From: Thermoplasmatales archaeon SW_10_69_26
GTDB lineage: Archaea; Thermoplasmatota; SW-10-69-26
Assembly: GCA_003009755.1 (NCBI GenBank)
Contig: PXUB01000007.1
Coordinates: 1-46,932, forward strand
Direction of reading: 5' to 3'
Length of the DNA: 46,932 bases
Shown: positions 1 through 9,252 of the stretch, in pieces
How the letters are laid out: each line of letters starts with the position of its first letter
Position numbering within the stretch: position 1 is the first letter of the stretch
Notes under the pieces: model-generated
The model's input: only the letters and a program-made list of their open reading frames with translations
Databases searched by the model: none
Told to the model about the DNA's origin: nothing
Program-made: the position numbers and the translations under genes

Positions 1-61
1 GAAACCCCCTGTGGGTTTTCGACGGAGGGCGACAACGAGATTGCCCGCCTCAGACCGGCGC
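1..61. repeat. Right half of a palindromic (REP/MITE-like) repeat; first 23 bp identical to the last 23 bp of the window
   Basis: GAAACCCCCTGTGGGTTTTCGAC at 1-23 equals 46910-46932. CTCAGACCGGCGC (49-61) is the exact reverse complement of GCGCCGGTCTGAG (46869-46881). Confidence 0.85.
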
Positions 62-122
62 CTCCACGCGAGGCCGCCCTCAGGCGGCGATGATACGATA
101 CCTTACAAGTTGTGACGTTTCC

Positions 123-185
123 AAGCGTTGTCGCCTTCGACCTCGAAATGCCCTCCGGGCATTCCTTCGTCTCGGCTCCGCGCTT
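123..185 (-). repeat. Second, inverted copy of the structured palindromic repeat core
   Basis: The minus strand reads GCGGAGCC..AAGGAATGCC-loop-GGCATTTCGA..GGCGACAACG, the same framework as the junction copy (GCGGAGCC..AAGGAAACCC-loop-GGGTTTTCGA..GGCGACAACG). It is closed by AAGCG/CGCTT and flanked by an imperfect inverted repeat at 73-90/186-203. Confidence 0.7.
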
Positions 186-253
186 TCACCGCCTGAGGAC
201 GGCGAGAGCTTAACCCAAGCACAGCCGGCAGTCTAGCCCGGGCGACCCGGCTG

Positions 254-856
254 CTATCGGCCCGTTGGGGATCCTCCATCCTCCTCGAGGGCGGCCTCGA
301 CCTCCGCGAGGATCTGGTCGACCTCGTCGCCGACACCGTGGCGCGAGGCGAGGGCCCCAAGCCGCTCGCGATCGAGCCGGTCGCCTTGTCGGGCCAGGAT
401 CGAGCGGGCATCCTGGAGATCCTGCTCGGAGCCGAAGAGGACCTTGAACACGACCGTATCCGCCGGCGGAGCCACGCTCACCGGGCCCTCGTCGAGTTGG
501 ACCTCCACCCCGTCTTGGATCTGCTCGACCTCGGAAGCGTCGAGCGCGGGCTTGATATCCACGGTGAGGATCGGATCCTCGGTGAAGACGCTCACGTGGC
601 TGCCATCCGTCAACGCGGCACGAAGGTCGCGAGTCGACGTCTCGAGATCCTCGTCGGCGAGCGCCCCCACGAGGCGTGCGACGTCCTCCTCCCCGTACCG
701 GAGGAGGGTATCGATGTCGGAGGTCGTACGGGGTTGGCCCCAAGCGACGACGGCGAAGCCGCCGACGAAGAGGTGATCGACCTCGGCTCTCCGGCATGCT
801 CGGGCGAAGCGGGCCGCAACGTTGTCGAGGGGGACGGTCCCATCAGGCGCGGGCAC
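254..856 (-). CDS. Nucleotidyltransferase-fold protein (DUF6036/AbiEii-like), putative TA component
   Basis: Motifs VGGFAVVAWGQPRTTSDID and K...SEQDLQDA are typical of this NTase family. Acidic 200-aa ORF. Confidence 0.8.
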   Translation of the reverse strand: MPAPDGTVPLDNVAARFARACRRAEVDHLFVGGFAVVAWGQPRTTSDIDTLLRYGEEDVARLVGALADEDLETSTRDLRAALTDGSHVSVFTEDPILTVDIKPALDASEVEQIQDGVEVQLDEGPVSVAPPADTVVFKVLFGSEQDLQDARSILARQGDRLDRERLGALASRHGVGDEVDQILAEVEAALEEDGGSPTGR

Positions 857-989
857 GGTCGGCAGCCTCCGCGATCCGGCGGGCGGCCTCGATCATCCGG
901 GCGGCCGAGCGGATCGACTGCTCGGGGGGGACATCACGGATGCGACGTGCCTCGAGGATCTTCTTGCGGGTCCGCCGGCCCGGGTCCAT
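843..989 (-). CDS. Small 48-aa basic helical protein, likely partner (antitoxin-like) of the NTase; not in the ORF track
   Basis: ATG at 989, MDPGRRTRKKILEARRIRDVPPEQSIRSAARMIEAARRIAEAADRARA*. It overlaps the NTase start. A TATA-like TTAAG lies about 25-30 nt upstream. Confidence 0.65.
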   Translation of the reverse strand: MDPGRRTRKKILEARRIRDVPPEQSIRSAARMIEAARRIAEAADRARA

Positions 990-1226
990 GGCCTTCGTAT
1001 CTCTCGCAGCCCCACTTAACTCCCTCCGTGCTCGGACCCCCGATCGAAGCGGGTCCTCGTCGACCCCTCGGCGAAGGCCAAGTCGTCGCCGGTGGCCAGC
1101 CAGCGGCCCCCCCCGCGGCAGCCCTCGAGGACGGCTCGCCAGCGGCTCTCGATCCGGGCGATGACGCGTTCGACGTCGCGCAAGCTCGTCTCGCGGCCTC
1201 TGCGGGGTCGTTGGCCGTCGGCGAGC

Positions 1227-2645
1227 TCACCGCCGCCTGGGCACTCCGGCGGCCAGGCTCACCGCGAGAGCGGCCACGAGCGCCCCCGGCCCCGGCACGC
1301 CGTTGGTCTCGGTCTCGTCGACGGAGGCGGCCGCCAGATCGGCCTCGTCCGCGTCGGCGTCGACGGTGAGCCTGCCCTCTTCGACCCTCACGGGCAGGTC
1401 CACGGTGCGGGTCTCCGTCGGCTCGGCTTGCTGGCGTTCGGGGTAGGCCAGCTCCAGCGACACGCGGCCGTCCTCGGCGGCCTGGACAGGGAGCTCGACG
1501 CTGAGGGTCGTGGCGTTGCCGGCGGCCAGCTCGTCGAGGGTGGCCTCGATGGACGCGTCGCCGGGCACCTCGATCGTGACGTCGGCTCGGGCGAGGTCGC
1601 CGTAGCCCTCGTTGGCGATCGTCACGTCCACGGTCTCGTCGGCGACGCTCACGTCCTGGATCGCGGGGTGGGCGCCGTACCGCTCGACGTTCAGGAAGGC
1701 GTGCTCGACGCCGTCCCAGTAGCGGTCCAGGCGCTCGCGCACGTCCTCGATGCTGGCGTACAGGCCCTGCTCGGTCGTGACCTCGTAGGCGAACGAGACC
1801 GAGCCGAAGCGCTCGTAGCTGGTGTCGATCGAGCCGCCGCTGGCCGGGTAGATCGTCGAGTGGATCGGCCCGCAGAACTCGGGGTCGGGCTCGCCGATCT
1901 CCTCGCAGATCCGCCGGTAGACCTGCTGGTCGGCCGGGTCAGCCTCCTCGTAGCCGGGCGGGTACAGCATCAGCTCGATGCCGGTGTGGAAGCTGTTGAC
2001 GTAGTCGGGCTCGGTCTTGGCCCACCAGTCGACGATCGTCCGCGTCTCGGGCTCGCTGAGCGCGTACGAGCCGGGTCCCACGGGTGGGCGCCCCTCGTCG
2101 AGGGCCCCCCAGCCGACGGGGTAGTTGCGGTTGAGGTCGACCCCGCGAGCGTTCTGCCGGCTGTCCACGTGGTTGCCATCGGGGTTGACCAGCGGCAGGA
2201 TGAACGTGTGCCGGTTGTCGACGATCCACGTGGCGGTCTCGTTCTCACCGTACCCCTCGATCAGGAACTCGGCCCACTCGTAGGCCAGCTCCGTGCCCAG
2301 CTGCTCGTTGGCGTGCGTGCCGCCGTCCAGCCACACGGTCTCGCGCTCGTCCAAGGGTGTCTTGTTCTCGTCCCGGAAGTTGGCGATCTCGACGAGCCAC
2401 AGGTCGAGGCCGAGCACGCTCTCGCCGGCCGAGTGCAGGCGAGCGATGCCGGGGTTGTTGGAGACGAGCTGCTGCAAGTCGACGGTCAGCGTCTCCCAGG
2501 TGTGGTACGCGTCGACCGGGTGCTGGTCCTCGTCCCCGGACGCGGTGGGTCCCGTCGGGGGGTCCTCGTCGTGGACGTAGTCCGCCACGGCGGCGGGGGC
2601 GGCGGTCAACAACAGGGCGATCGCGGCCAACGCCTCCCAGCGCAT
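1227..2645 (-). CDS. Secreted M14 zinc carboxypeptidase with C-terminal PGF-CTERM-like anchor (paralogue 1)
   Basis: Signal peptide MRWEALAAIALLLTAAPAAVA. M14 motifs DGGTHANE, NPDG, RQN..DLNRNY, SFHT and YEV. C-terminal VPGPG, hydrophobic helix and RRR. Start moved to ATG 2645. Confidence 0.9.
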   Translation of the reverse strand: MRWEALAAIALLLTAAPAAVADYVHDEDPPTGPTASGDEDQHPVDAYHTWETLTVDLQQLVSNNPGIARLHSAGESVLGLDLWLVEIANFRDENKTPLDERETVWLDGGTHANEQLGTELAYEWAEFLIEGYGENETATWIVDNRHTFILPLVNPDGNHVDSRQNARGVDLNRNYPVGWGALDEGRPPVGPGSYALSEPETRTIVDWWAKTEPDYVNSFHTGIELMLYPPGYEEADPADQQVYRRICEEIGEPDPEFCGPIHSTIYPASGGSIDTSYERFGSVSFAYEVTTEQGLYASIEDVRERLDRYWDGVEHAFLNVERYGAHPAIQDVSVADETVDVTIANEGYGDLARADVTIEVPGDASIEATLDELAAGNATTLSVELPVQAAEDGRVSLELAYPERQQAEPTETRTVDLPVRVEEGRLTVDADADEADLAAASVDETETNGVPGPGALVAALAVSLAAGVPRRR

Positions 2646-2908
2646 GAGGAGGAGTGGCGTGGAGGGCTTGTAACCGTTTTGGGTGGGGAGGGCGGAGTGG
2701 CAGGCAGAGGGCACGGAGCGGGGAACCCGACCGCGGAGACACGGAGGCACAGAGGATCCCACGGAGACGGAAAGGTTGGGAATGGTAGAGAGCCGGGCGA
2801 GGGAGCAAGGGAAGCTCGGATCGGGGGCGAGCGGTCCCGCCTACATTCTCGGCGGGCCGAATCCCTTCCTGCATGGTTCCGGGTGGTGCTCTTTGTCCTC
2901 CGTGTTCC

Positions 2909-3316
2909 CTATCCGTCGCTGGGCACGCCGAGATCGACGTCGAGCTCCTCCTCGATCGCCTCGTAGGGGTCGTCGGGGAAGGCCAGCGGCTCGACCTCGT
3001 CCAGGCTGGAGACGAGCCGCGACTCCTCGATCTTGTCGTCGTGGGTGTCGCCCTCCTCGACGTTGGGGCCGAGCCGGCCGGCGAAGACGTGGCATGTGCC
3101 GCGTTCGCGCTCCTGGACGAGGACCTCGGCGAGGCTCTCGAGCGCGTGGCCGACCTCCTCGGCGAACTCGCGCCGGGCGGCGGTGGTGGGCGTCTCGCCC
3201 TCCTCGACGCGGCCGCCGGGGATCTCCCAGCCCCGGTCGGCGTGGCGGGCGAGCACGAACCGGTCGCGATCGGCGTCATTGAAGGCGAGCACGATCGCGA
3301 ACGGGCGCGAGCCCAT
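2909..3316 (-). CDS. NUDIX hydrolase
   Basis: Canonical Nudix box GGRVEEGETPTTAARREFAEEVG. The ATG overlaps the upstream stop (TGATG). Confidence 0.88.
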   Translation of the reverse strand: MGSRPFAIVLAFNDADRDRFVLARHADRGWEIPGGRVEEGETPTTAARREFAEEVGHALESLAEVLVQERERGTCHVFAGRLGPNVEEGDTHDDKIEESRLVSSLDEVEPLAFPDDPYEAIEEELDVDLGVPSDG

Positions 3317-4782
3317 CACGCCCTCCAGGCCAGGGCCGCGACCAGGCCGAGCAGGGCGGTGGCGAGCAGCGCGCCGGGCCCGGGCACGGGCGTCAGGCCG
3401 TCGTCGGCCTCGTCGGCGGAGGCGACGTCCAGGGGCTCGTCGAGGCTGTCGGTGGCCTCGTCGGGGGCCGCCTCGGTCAAGGGTGAGGCCTCGAGCTCGC
3501 CGTCGGCGACCTCGACGGGCAGGTCGACCTGGCGGGTCTCCATCGGTTGGGCCTGCTTGCGCTCGGGGTAGTGGATGTCGACCGACAGCCGGCCGTCCTC
3601 GGCGGCCTCGGCCGGCACGGTCGCCGTGAGCGTGGTCGTGGCGTTGGGCGCCAGGTCGCCGATCTCGAGCTCCACGTCCTCGGCGCCGGGCACCTGGAGG
3701 GTGAGGTCGGCCCAGTCGAGCTCGCCGTAGCCGGTGTTCTCGATCGTGAGCTCCACCTGGTCGCCGTCGACCCTCACGCCGTCGAGGATCGGGTGGGCGC
3801 CGTACTTCTCGACGTTCAGGAAGGCGTGCTCGACGCCGTTCCAGTAACGCTGCATGCGCTCGCGGGGATCCTCGGTGCTGGCGTAGAGGCCCTGCTCGTT
3901 GGACACCTCGTAGGTCCAGGCGGCGCTGCCGTGGTGCTCGTAGGCGTAGTCGATCGTGATCCCGCTGGCAGGGTAGATCGTGTCGTAGACGGCCCCGCAG
4001 AAGTCGGGGTCGTCCTCGCCGATCGCCTCGCACGTCTCGTTGAACATCCGGTCGTCGGCCGGCTTGCGCTCCTCGAAGCCCCACGGGTACAGCATGAGCT
4101 CGATGCCGGTGTGGAAGCTGTTGACGTAGTCGGGCTCGTACTTGTCGATGACGTCGATGACGGCCTGGGTCTCGGGCTCGCTGGCCGGGTAGGGTCCGGG
4201 GTCGTTGAACACGGGGTTCTCGTCGACGCCGGCCCAGCCGAACGGGAAGTTCCGGTTGATGTTCACCGTGTTGGCGTTCCATCGGGAGTCCTGGTGGTTG
4301 CCGTCGGGGTTCACCAGCGGCAGGATGACGGTCTGGCGGTTGTCGACGATCCACGTGGCGGTCTCGTTCTCACCGTACCCCTCGATCAGGAACTCGGCCC
4401 ACTCGTAGGCCAGCTCGGTGCCGAGCTGCTCGTTGGCGTGCGTGCCGCCGTCGAGGTAGATCGTCTCCCGCTGGTCGAGGGGGGTCTTGTTCTCGTCGCG
4501 GAAGTTCGCGATCTCGACGTACCACAGGTCCAGCCCCATCACGGACTCGCCGGCCGAGTGCAGGCGAGCGATGCCGGGGTTGTTGGAGACGAGCTGCTGC
4601 AAGTCGACGGTCAGCGTCTCCCAGGTGTGGTACTCGTGGACCGGGTGCGTGCTCTGCAGCGCTTCCCGGCGGTCGTCGTCCATCTGGCTCGGATCGTCGG
4701 GCATGATGCCGGCCGCGCCCATCGGAGCCATGCCGACCAGCATCGCTAGGGCGCATAGGGCAACCGTGGCCTCCCTGTGCAT
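3316..4782 (-). CDS. Secreted M14 zinc carboxypeptidase with C-terminal PGF-CTERM-like anchor (paralogue 2)
   Basis: Signal peptide; DGGTHANE, NINRNF, SFHT and YEV motifs; C-terminal VPGPG plus TM helix. Highly similar to 1227-2645. Confidence 0.9.
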   Translation of the reverse strand: MHREATVALCALAMLVGMAPMGAAGIMPDDPSQMDDDRREALQSTHPVHEYHTWETLTVDLQQLVSNNPGIARLHSAGESVMGLDLWYVEIANFRDENKTPLDQRETIYLDGGTHANEQLGTELAYEWAEFLIEGYGENETATWIVDNRQTVILPLVNPDGNHQDSRWNANTVNINRNFPFGWAGVDENPVFNDPGPYPASEPETQAVIDVIDKYEPDYVNSFHTGIELMLYPWGFEERKPADDRMFNETCEAIGEDDPDFCGAVYDTIYPASGITIDYAYEHHGSAAWTYEVSNEQGLYASTEDPRERMQRYWNGVEHAFLNVEKYGAHPILDGVRVDGDQVELTIENTGYGELDWADLTLQVPGAEDVELEIGDLAPNATTTLTATVPAEAAEDGRLSVDIHYPERKQAQPMETRQVDLPVEVADGELEASPLTEAAPDEATDSLDEPLDVASADEADDGLTPVPGPGALLATALLGLVAALAWRA

Positions 4783-4845
4783 GGATCGGCCAAGCCCGGC
4801 GGCTCGTTAAGATGGTTAGGGCGCCACCGGGCCGGGTCGAGGAGC

Positions 4846-5316
4846 CTACTCGTGGTAGGGCCAGACGCTGCCGTGGTCCATCGCCCACGGTCCCGGGGGC
4901 TCCTCGCCGGGCTCGGTGAACGCGAGGGTGAGCCCGTCGGGGACCTCGCTCAGCTCGTCCCGACCGACCTCGACCTCGAAGACGTGGATGATGTACCAGG
5001 CGGTCTCGCGGTTGTCCGTGTCGGCCTGGAAGGTGAGCACGTCGGCGAGCTCGGGCTCGAGGTCCTCGCCGAACCAGGTCTCGGAGACGCGGGCGGCGCC
5101 CTCCTTGACGTCCTCGTTGGGTTGCAGCGTCTCGGCCGGGATCCACCAGCGGCCGGGCTGGTGGGTCTCGGACTGCGCCAGCGCGATGCGGCCCTCCTCG
5201 TCGCGGACCCGAAGCTGGACCTGCAGGCGCAGCGCCAGGCCCTGCGCGTTGACGTGGTGGAACGGGCTCTGGCTCGTCGGCGAGCCGACCTTCTCGAACT
5301 GCTGGGAGTGGGACAT
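4846..5316 (-). CDS. NUDIX-fold protein with degenerate Nudix box
   Basis: GRWWIPAETLQPNEDVKEGAARVSETWFG aligns to the Nudix box position but lacks GG and the REUxEE glutamates. Start probably MSHSQQ at 5316. Confidence 0.6.
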   Translation of the reverse strand: MSHSQQFEKVGSPTSQSPFHHVNAQGLALRLQVQLRVRDEEGRIALAQSETHQPGRWWIPAETLQPNEDVKEGAARVSETWFGEDLEPELADVLTFQADTDNRETAWYIIHVFEVEVGRDELSEVPDGLTLAFTEPGEEPPGPWAMDHGSVWPYHE

Positions 5317-5379
5317 GCGTCCACCACGAGCCCCCGTCGTTATCAGCGTGTCGGCGGGCAATGGGACGGCAACGAGGAC

Positions 5380-6423
5380 CTACGTCGTCAGGCTCGTGAT
5401 CCGCACGTCGTCCACGAGCCACCCGTACCCCTCCGCGCCCTCCGGCGCCGTCACGCTGTCGAACGTGAAGCGGAACAGGATCTCCTCAGCTGTCACGTCG
5501 CGCTCCGACAGGTTGTAGATGCCGCCGGCCCGGTGCCATCGGTCGTCGAGGTCCTCGTCCATGCGGTCGTAGCTGAACGTGTGGTTGGCCTGGGTCCAGG
5601 TGGCACCGCCGTCGAAGCTGGCCTCCACGGCGAGCACGTCCTCCCGGACGTCGCCGAACAGCTCCTCGTCCAGCGAGCCGATACCCTCGCGGGTGTCGAA
5701 GCGCGTGGAGAACTCGAGCGCGAGCACGTCCGCGTTGCGCGGGTCCGCGCTCAACGTGGCCGTCCCGTGCACGGGGTCGTCGGCTCGGTACGTGCAGGCG
5801 CCGGTTCCGTCGGGGCCGAGGGTGAACGCCAGGTAGGCCCCGTCGGCGTCGACCTCGCAAGCCTCGGTCACATGCCCCGCACCCTGGGTCGACCACGCCG
5901 AAGAGTGACCGTCCGCGAACGTCCAGCGGGCGAGCTCAGTCTTGCTCGTCGCGACGAACGCCTGAACCGAGTCGGTATCCGTCGCATCACAGTGGTCGGA
6001 CACCTCGAGCGTGAACGCCTGGAACCCAAACGACCGCGAGGAAAGGATGGGCGCGTAACCCCCTGCGATCGGGCCATCCCGTTGGCCCTTCTCGTACCAG
6101 TCGTACTCGAGGGGCCATCCTCCCGTCCAGGAAACAGGGAAGCGGCAGTGCGTCTCGTTCCAATAATCGTCGACATCGCTGCTGCGGCCACCATACACCC
6201 TGAAGTCGGCCTCCCCGTCCCTCCGATCGTCCTCATCGTGGGGACCGCCGTCGACGACGACGATCGGCGGTCCGGCCTGCGCGCTCGGCGGATGGTTGGG
6301 CGCTCCCTCACGCAGAGGGGGCTCTGTAGGCGTCACTGCCCCTGCCGGCAACGACGCCAGGGCAACAGCGAGCGCGGCCAGTCCGCAGAGGGCGAGCTTC
6401 GCTCTTTCCGCCTCCCACAGCAT
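5380..6423 (-). CDS. Secreted protein with C-terminal jelly-roll (MAM/immune-inhibitor-A-like) module
   Basis: Signal peptide KLALCGLAALAVALASLPAGA. C-terminal VEASFDGGATW...FRFTFDS...GYGWLVDDVRI pattern. Confidence 0.6.
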   Translation of the reverse strand: MLWEAERAKLALCGLAALAVALASLPAGAVTPTEPPLREGAPNHPPSAQAGPPIVVVDGGPHDEDDRRDGEADFRVYGGRSSDVDDYWNETHCRFPVSWTGGWPLEYDWYEKGQRDGPIAGGYAPILSSRSFGFQAFTLEVSDHCDATDTDSVQAFVATSKTELARWTFADGHSSAWSTQGAGHVTEACEVDADGAYLAFTLGPDGTGACTYRADDPVHGTATLSADPRNADVLALEFSTRFDTREGIGSLDEELFGDVREDVLAVEASFDGGATWTQANHTFSYDRMDEDLDDRWHRAGGIYNLSERDVTAEEILFRFTFDSVTAPEGAEGYGWLVDDVRITSLTT

Positions 6424-6572
6424 CACTATGGCTCTGCTGTTCCTCTCTGCTTCAACCTGTCGGGGGAACCTGACGGGTCCAGTCGATCCGGCACGGACGT
6501 CCTCGGCGCGAGGGCCGGCCATCGCCCCGGCCTCCGGGCGAACGATCTTCAACCGGCTCGCCGCTTGGCCCG

Positions 6573-6953
6573 GTGATGCACCTGGACCACTGCTGTCTGA
6601 ACGTGCGCGATATGGATCGCTCGATCGAGTTCTACCGCAAGCACTTCGACATGGATCTCCTCTCGCGCAAGGAGATCCCGGAGAACGACGCCGAGATCGC
6701 GTTCGTCGGGTACGGCGAGGGCGGGATGAAGCTCGAGCTCACCGACTGGAAGGAATGGGAGGAGGACGACCTCGAGTTCGGGAACAACTTCGACCACATC
6801 GCGGTCGCCGTCCCCGACGTCACCGAGTGGTACGAGCAGCTGACCGACGACGGCGTCGAGTCGGCGATGGAGCCGACCGAGTTGTCGACCGGCAGCCACA
6901 TCGCGTTCGTGAAAGACGTCGACGGGAACTGGGTCGAGCTCGTCCAGGAGTGA
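6573..6953 (+). CDS. gloA: Lactoylglutathione lyase / VOC family (glyoxalase I)
   Basis: HLDHCCLNVRDMDRSIEFY, IAFVGYG, LELT, FDHIAVAV and IAFVKDVDGNWVEL match GloA. Confidence 0.8.
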   Translation: MMHLDHCCLNVRDMDRSIEFYRKHFDMDLLSRKEIPENDAEIAFVGYGEGGMKLELTDWKEWEEDDLEFGNNFDHIAVAVPDVTEWYEQLTDDGVESAMEPTELSTGSHIAFVKDVDGNWVELVQE

Positions 6954-7178
6954 GGCCGCGGCGACCGCCGCGATCGCCGGAGAGGGCGCGCCCCTCCCGT
7001 CTCGCCGGACGTCTGCAGGCGCTGGATGCGTTGGCCGATCTGCTGGCGGACGCGCTGGATGTCTTCCGGGTCCGTGATCGTGTCCTCGCCGTGGAAGCGG
7101 ACCAAAAGCTGTATACCCGCGACTGCGTGCGGGGGGTTCACGGCTGGCCCGAGCCCCAGCGGTGGGAGCGCGCCGGGG

Positions 7179-7382
7179 TCAGCTGTTCTGGGTGTAGGTC
7201 TCCATCGTCGACCACAGCCACCCCATCACGTACAAGCCGACGAAGACGACGGCGCCCCACACGGTGGGGTTGCCACCGACGAGGTAGCCCAGGCCAGCGG
7301 CGAGGGCGGCGGTGACGGCGATCGCGATCGTGCCGCGCGCTCCGGGGAAGTGCCAGATGACCATGTGAGAGCCTCGCACCAT
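7179..7382 (-). CDS. Small two-TM membrane protein
   Basis: Two hydrophobic helices (IAIAVTAALAAGLGYLVG; VWGAVVFVGLYVMGWLW). Start at ATG 7382 or 7364. Confidence 0.6.
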   Translation of the reverse strand: MVRGSHMVIWHFPGARGTIAIAVTAALAAGLGYLVGGNPTVWGAVVFVGLYVMGWLWSTMETYTQNS

Positions 7383-7549
7383 CAAGGCTCTGCTACCGTT
7401 TATGGCTACCGGCTGTGGTCCTCGCCCGCTCGCGGGCCGACGCCCGCCGGTTCTTCCCGTTCCAGGCTCTCTTCCGGTCTCCCTGCCGCTCCTTCCCTCC
7501 TGTGTCTGCTCCGTGCTTCGGTGCCTCTGCGTGAGGGCTCTGTGCCCTT

Positions 7550-9252
7550 TCACGTTCGCTGTCCTCTCGACTCGACCGCGGCCTCGAAGTCGAGCACGAC
7601 CTCCTCGGTGAGATTCGCGGGCCTGAGGCCCTGCATGCGGCCGCCGGCGGCGTGGGCGATCTGTTCGGCGGCGTCGAGGTACAGCTCGTCCTCGGTCTCG
7701 AGCTGCAGCATCGTCAACCGCGTGTTCTCGAGCTCGCCCAACCGGCGGGCGGCCGCCGGCGGTCGGCCGGCGAGGAGGCCAGGATCTCGCGGGAGAGGTC
7801 CAGCGCGCCGGCGTGGTTGGTGAACCCGCCGAGCTCGGCGTTCCACGTCTCCTCGAGGCCGACCTGGTCGACGTGCGTGCTCATCGACACGATGTCGACG
7901 AGGTGGCGCGGGTCGTGGTCGCGCACGGCCTGGTACATGACTAAGCACACGCGCTTGGCGGCCTCGAAGCGGCCCTTCTCCTCCATCGAGCCGCTGCGGT
8001 CGAACACGAGCACGACGTGGGTGCGCGTGGACTTGACCTCGCGGCGCACGATGAGATCGCGGTCGTAGATGTGGTCGCTGGTCGGGTGGTTCTGCCGGGC
8101 GCGCACGACGCTGTCGGCCAACGCGGCGGCGCCGCGCTCGTTCAGCGATCGCAGCGGGCCCTTCTCGTAGGTGCCCTCGCCGCCGACGAAGGCGCCCGGG
8201 CGGGCTCGGCCGCCGCGCGGTAGCGCCCGGTGCACCTCCTCGTAGAGCAGCGAGGAGAAGCGTTCCAGCAGAGCGGCCGTCGGGCGGCCCTCCTCGCCCA
8301 CGAGCCCGGCCTCGGTCAGCTCGCCCTCGAGCTCGCGGCGCACCTGCTCGAGCGGTTCGTGGCGCACCTGCTCGTCGATCTCGGCCAGCTCCTCCTCGCG
8401 TTGCTCCTCGAGCTCGCGCAGGCGCTTGGTCTGCTCGCGCTCGGCCTCCTTGCGCTCGGTCTCGATCTCCTCGATGCGCTCCTCCAGCCGCTCGCGCTCC
8501 TCCGCGACCTCGGCCTCGACCTCCTGTTGGGCCTGCTCGAGCTCGCGACGCATCAGGTCCTCGACCGTCGTGGTGTAGTCCTCGCGGCCGCGCAGCCGGT
8601 TCCACCAATCGCGCATGCGTTCGCGGATCGAGCGGTCGTCGGCGCGGCGCTTGACGCGGGCGACGACGCCGGGGTTGGTCTTCGTCAACTCCGGCAGGTC
8701 GACCTGGACGTCGCCGAGATCGATCACGGGCCCCTCGTCTTCGCGCCGGGTACCGGTGATCCAGGCCCACAGGCGGGCGAAGGCGTCGACGACGACGATC
8801 CAGACCCGGTACAGCCAGCCGCGGAACCGCTCCCACAGCGTCGGCTCGGCTTCCTCGGGCGTCAACAGCGGATCCATGCCGCGGGCGTGCTCGGCCAGGC
8901 GGTCGCGGTCGGTGGGGTCCAGCGTCTGGATCTGCTGGACCAGCTCCTGCTCGCGGGCCTGGGCCTGCTCGGCCTGGGTGCCCCAGGTCTCGCGGACCTG
9001 TTCTTCCTCCTCCTCGAAGCGCTCCTCGATGCGTCGCTTGCGGCGGCGGGCCTTGCGCTCGAGGCCCTCGCGGTGGGCCTCGACGCGCTCGCGGATGCGG
9101 GGGTCGTCCTCGGCCTCCGCCTCGATCCAGGCCTCCAGCGCCTGGGGCCCCTCTTCGGCGAGGATGCGCACCAGTTCCCGGCGCTGGCGCGCCGACAACA
9201 GCGGCTGGGACTCGATGTTCGAGCAGTCAGGGAGCGGGTCGTCGGGGCTCAT
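7550..9252 (-). pseudogene. Coiled-coil + vWA domain protein, frameshifted/deleted near 7750-7765
   Basis: MIDAS start VLVFDRSGSM and GFTN are in one frame. The C-terminus (AARRLGELENTRLTMLQLE...AAGGRM...VVLDFE) is in another frame. The expected LITDG strand is absent. Confidence 0.75.

Noticed and set aside
1016-1226. Possible coding remnant between the M14 gene and the NTase pair
   Set aside because: No credible start codon or family motif.
6955-7141. Minus-strand fragment QLLVRFHGEDTITDPEDIQRVRQQIGQRIQRLQTSG
   Set aside because: It looks protein-like but has no clean start or stop and runs into gloA. At best it is a gene remnant that I cannot assign.
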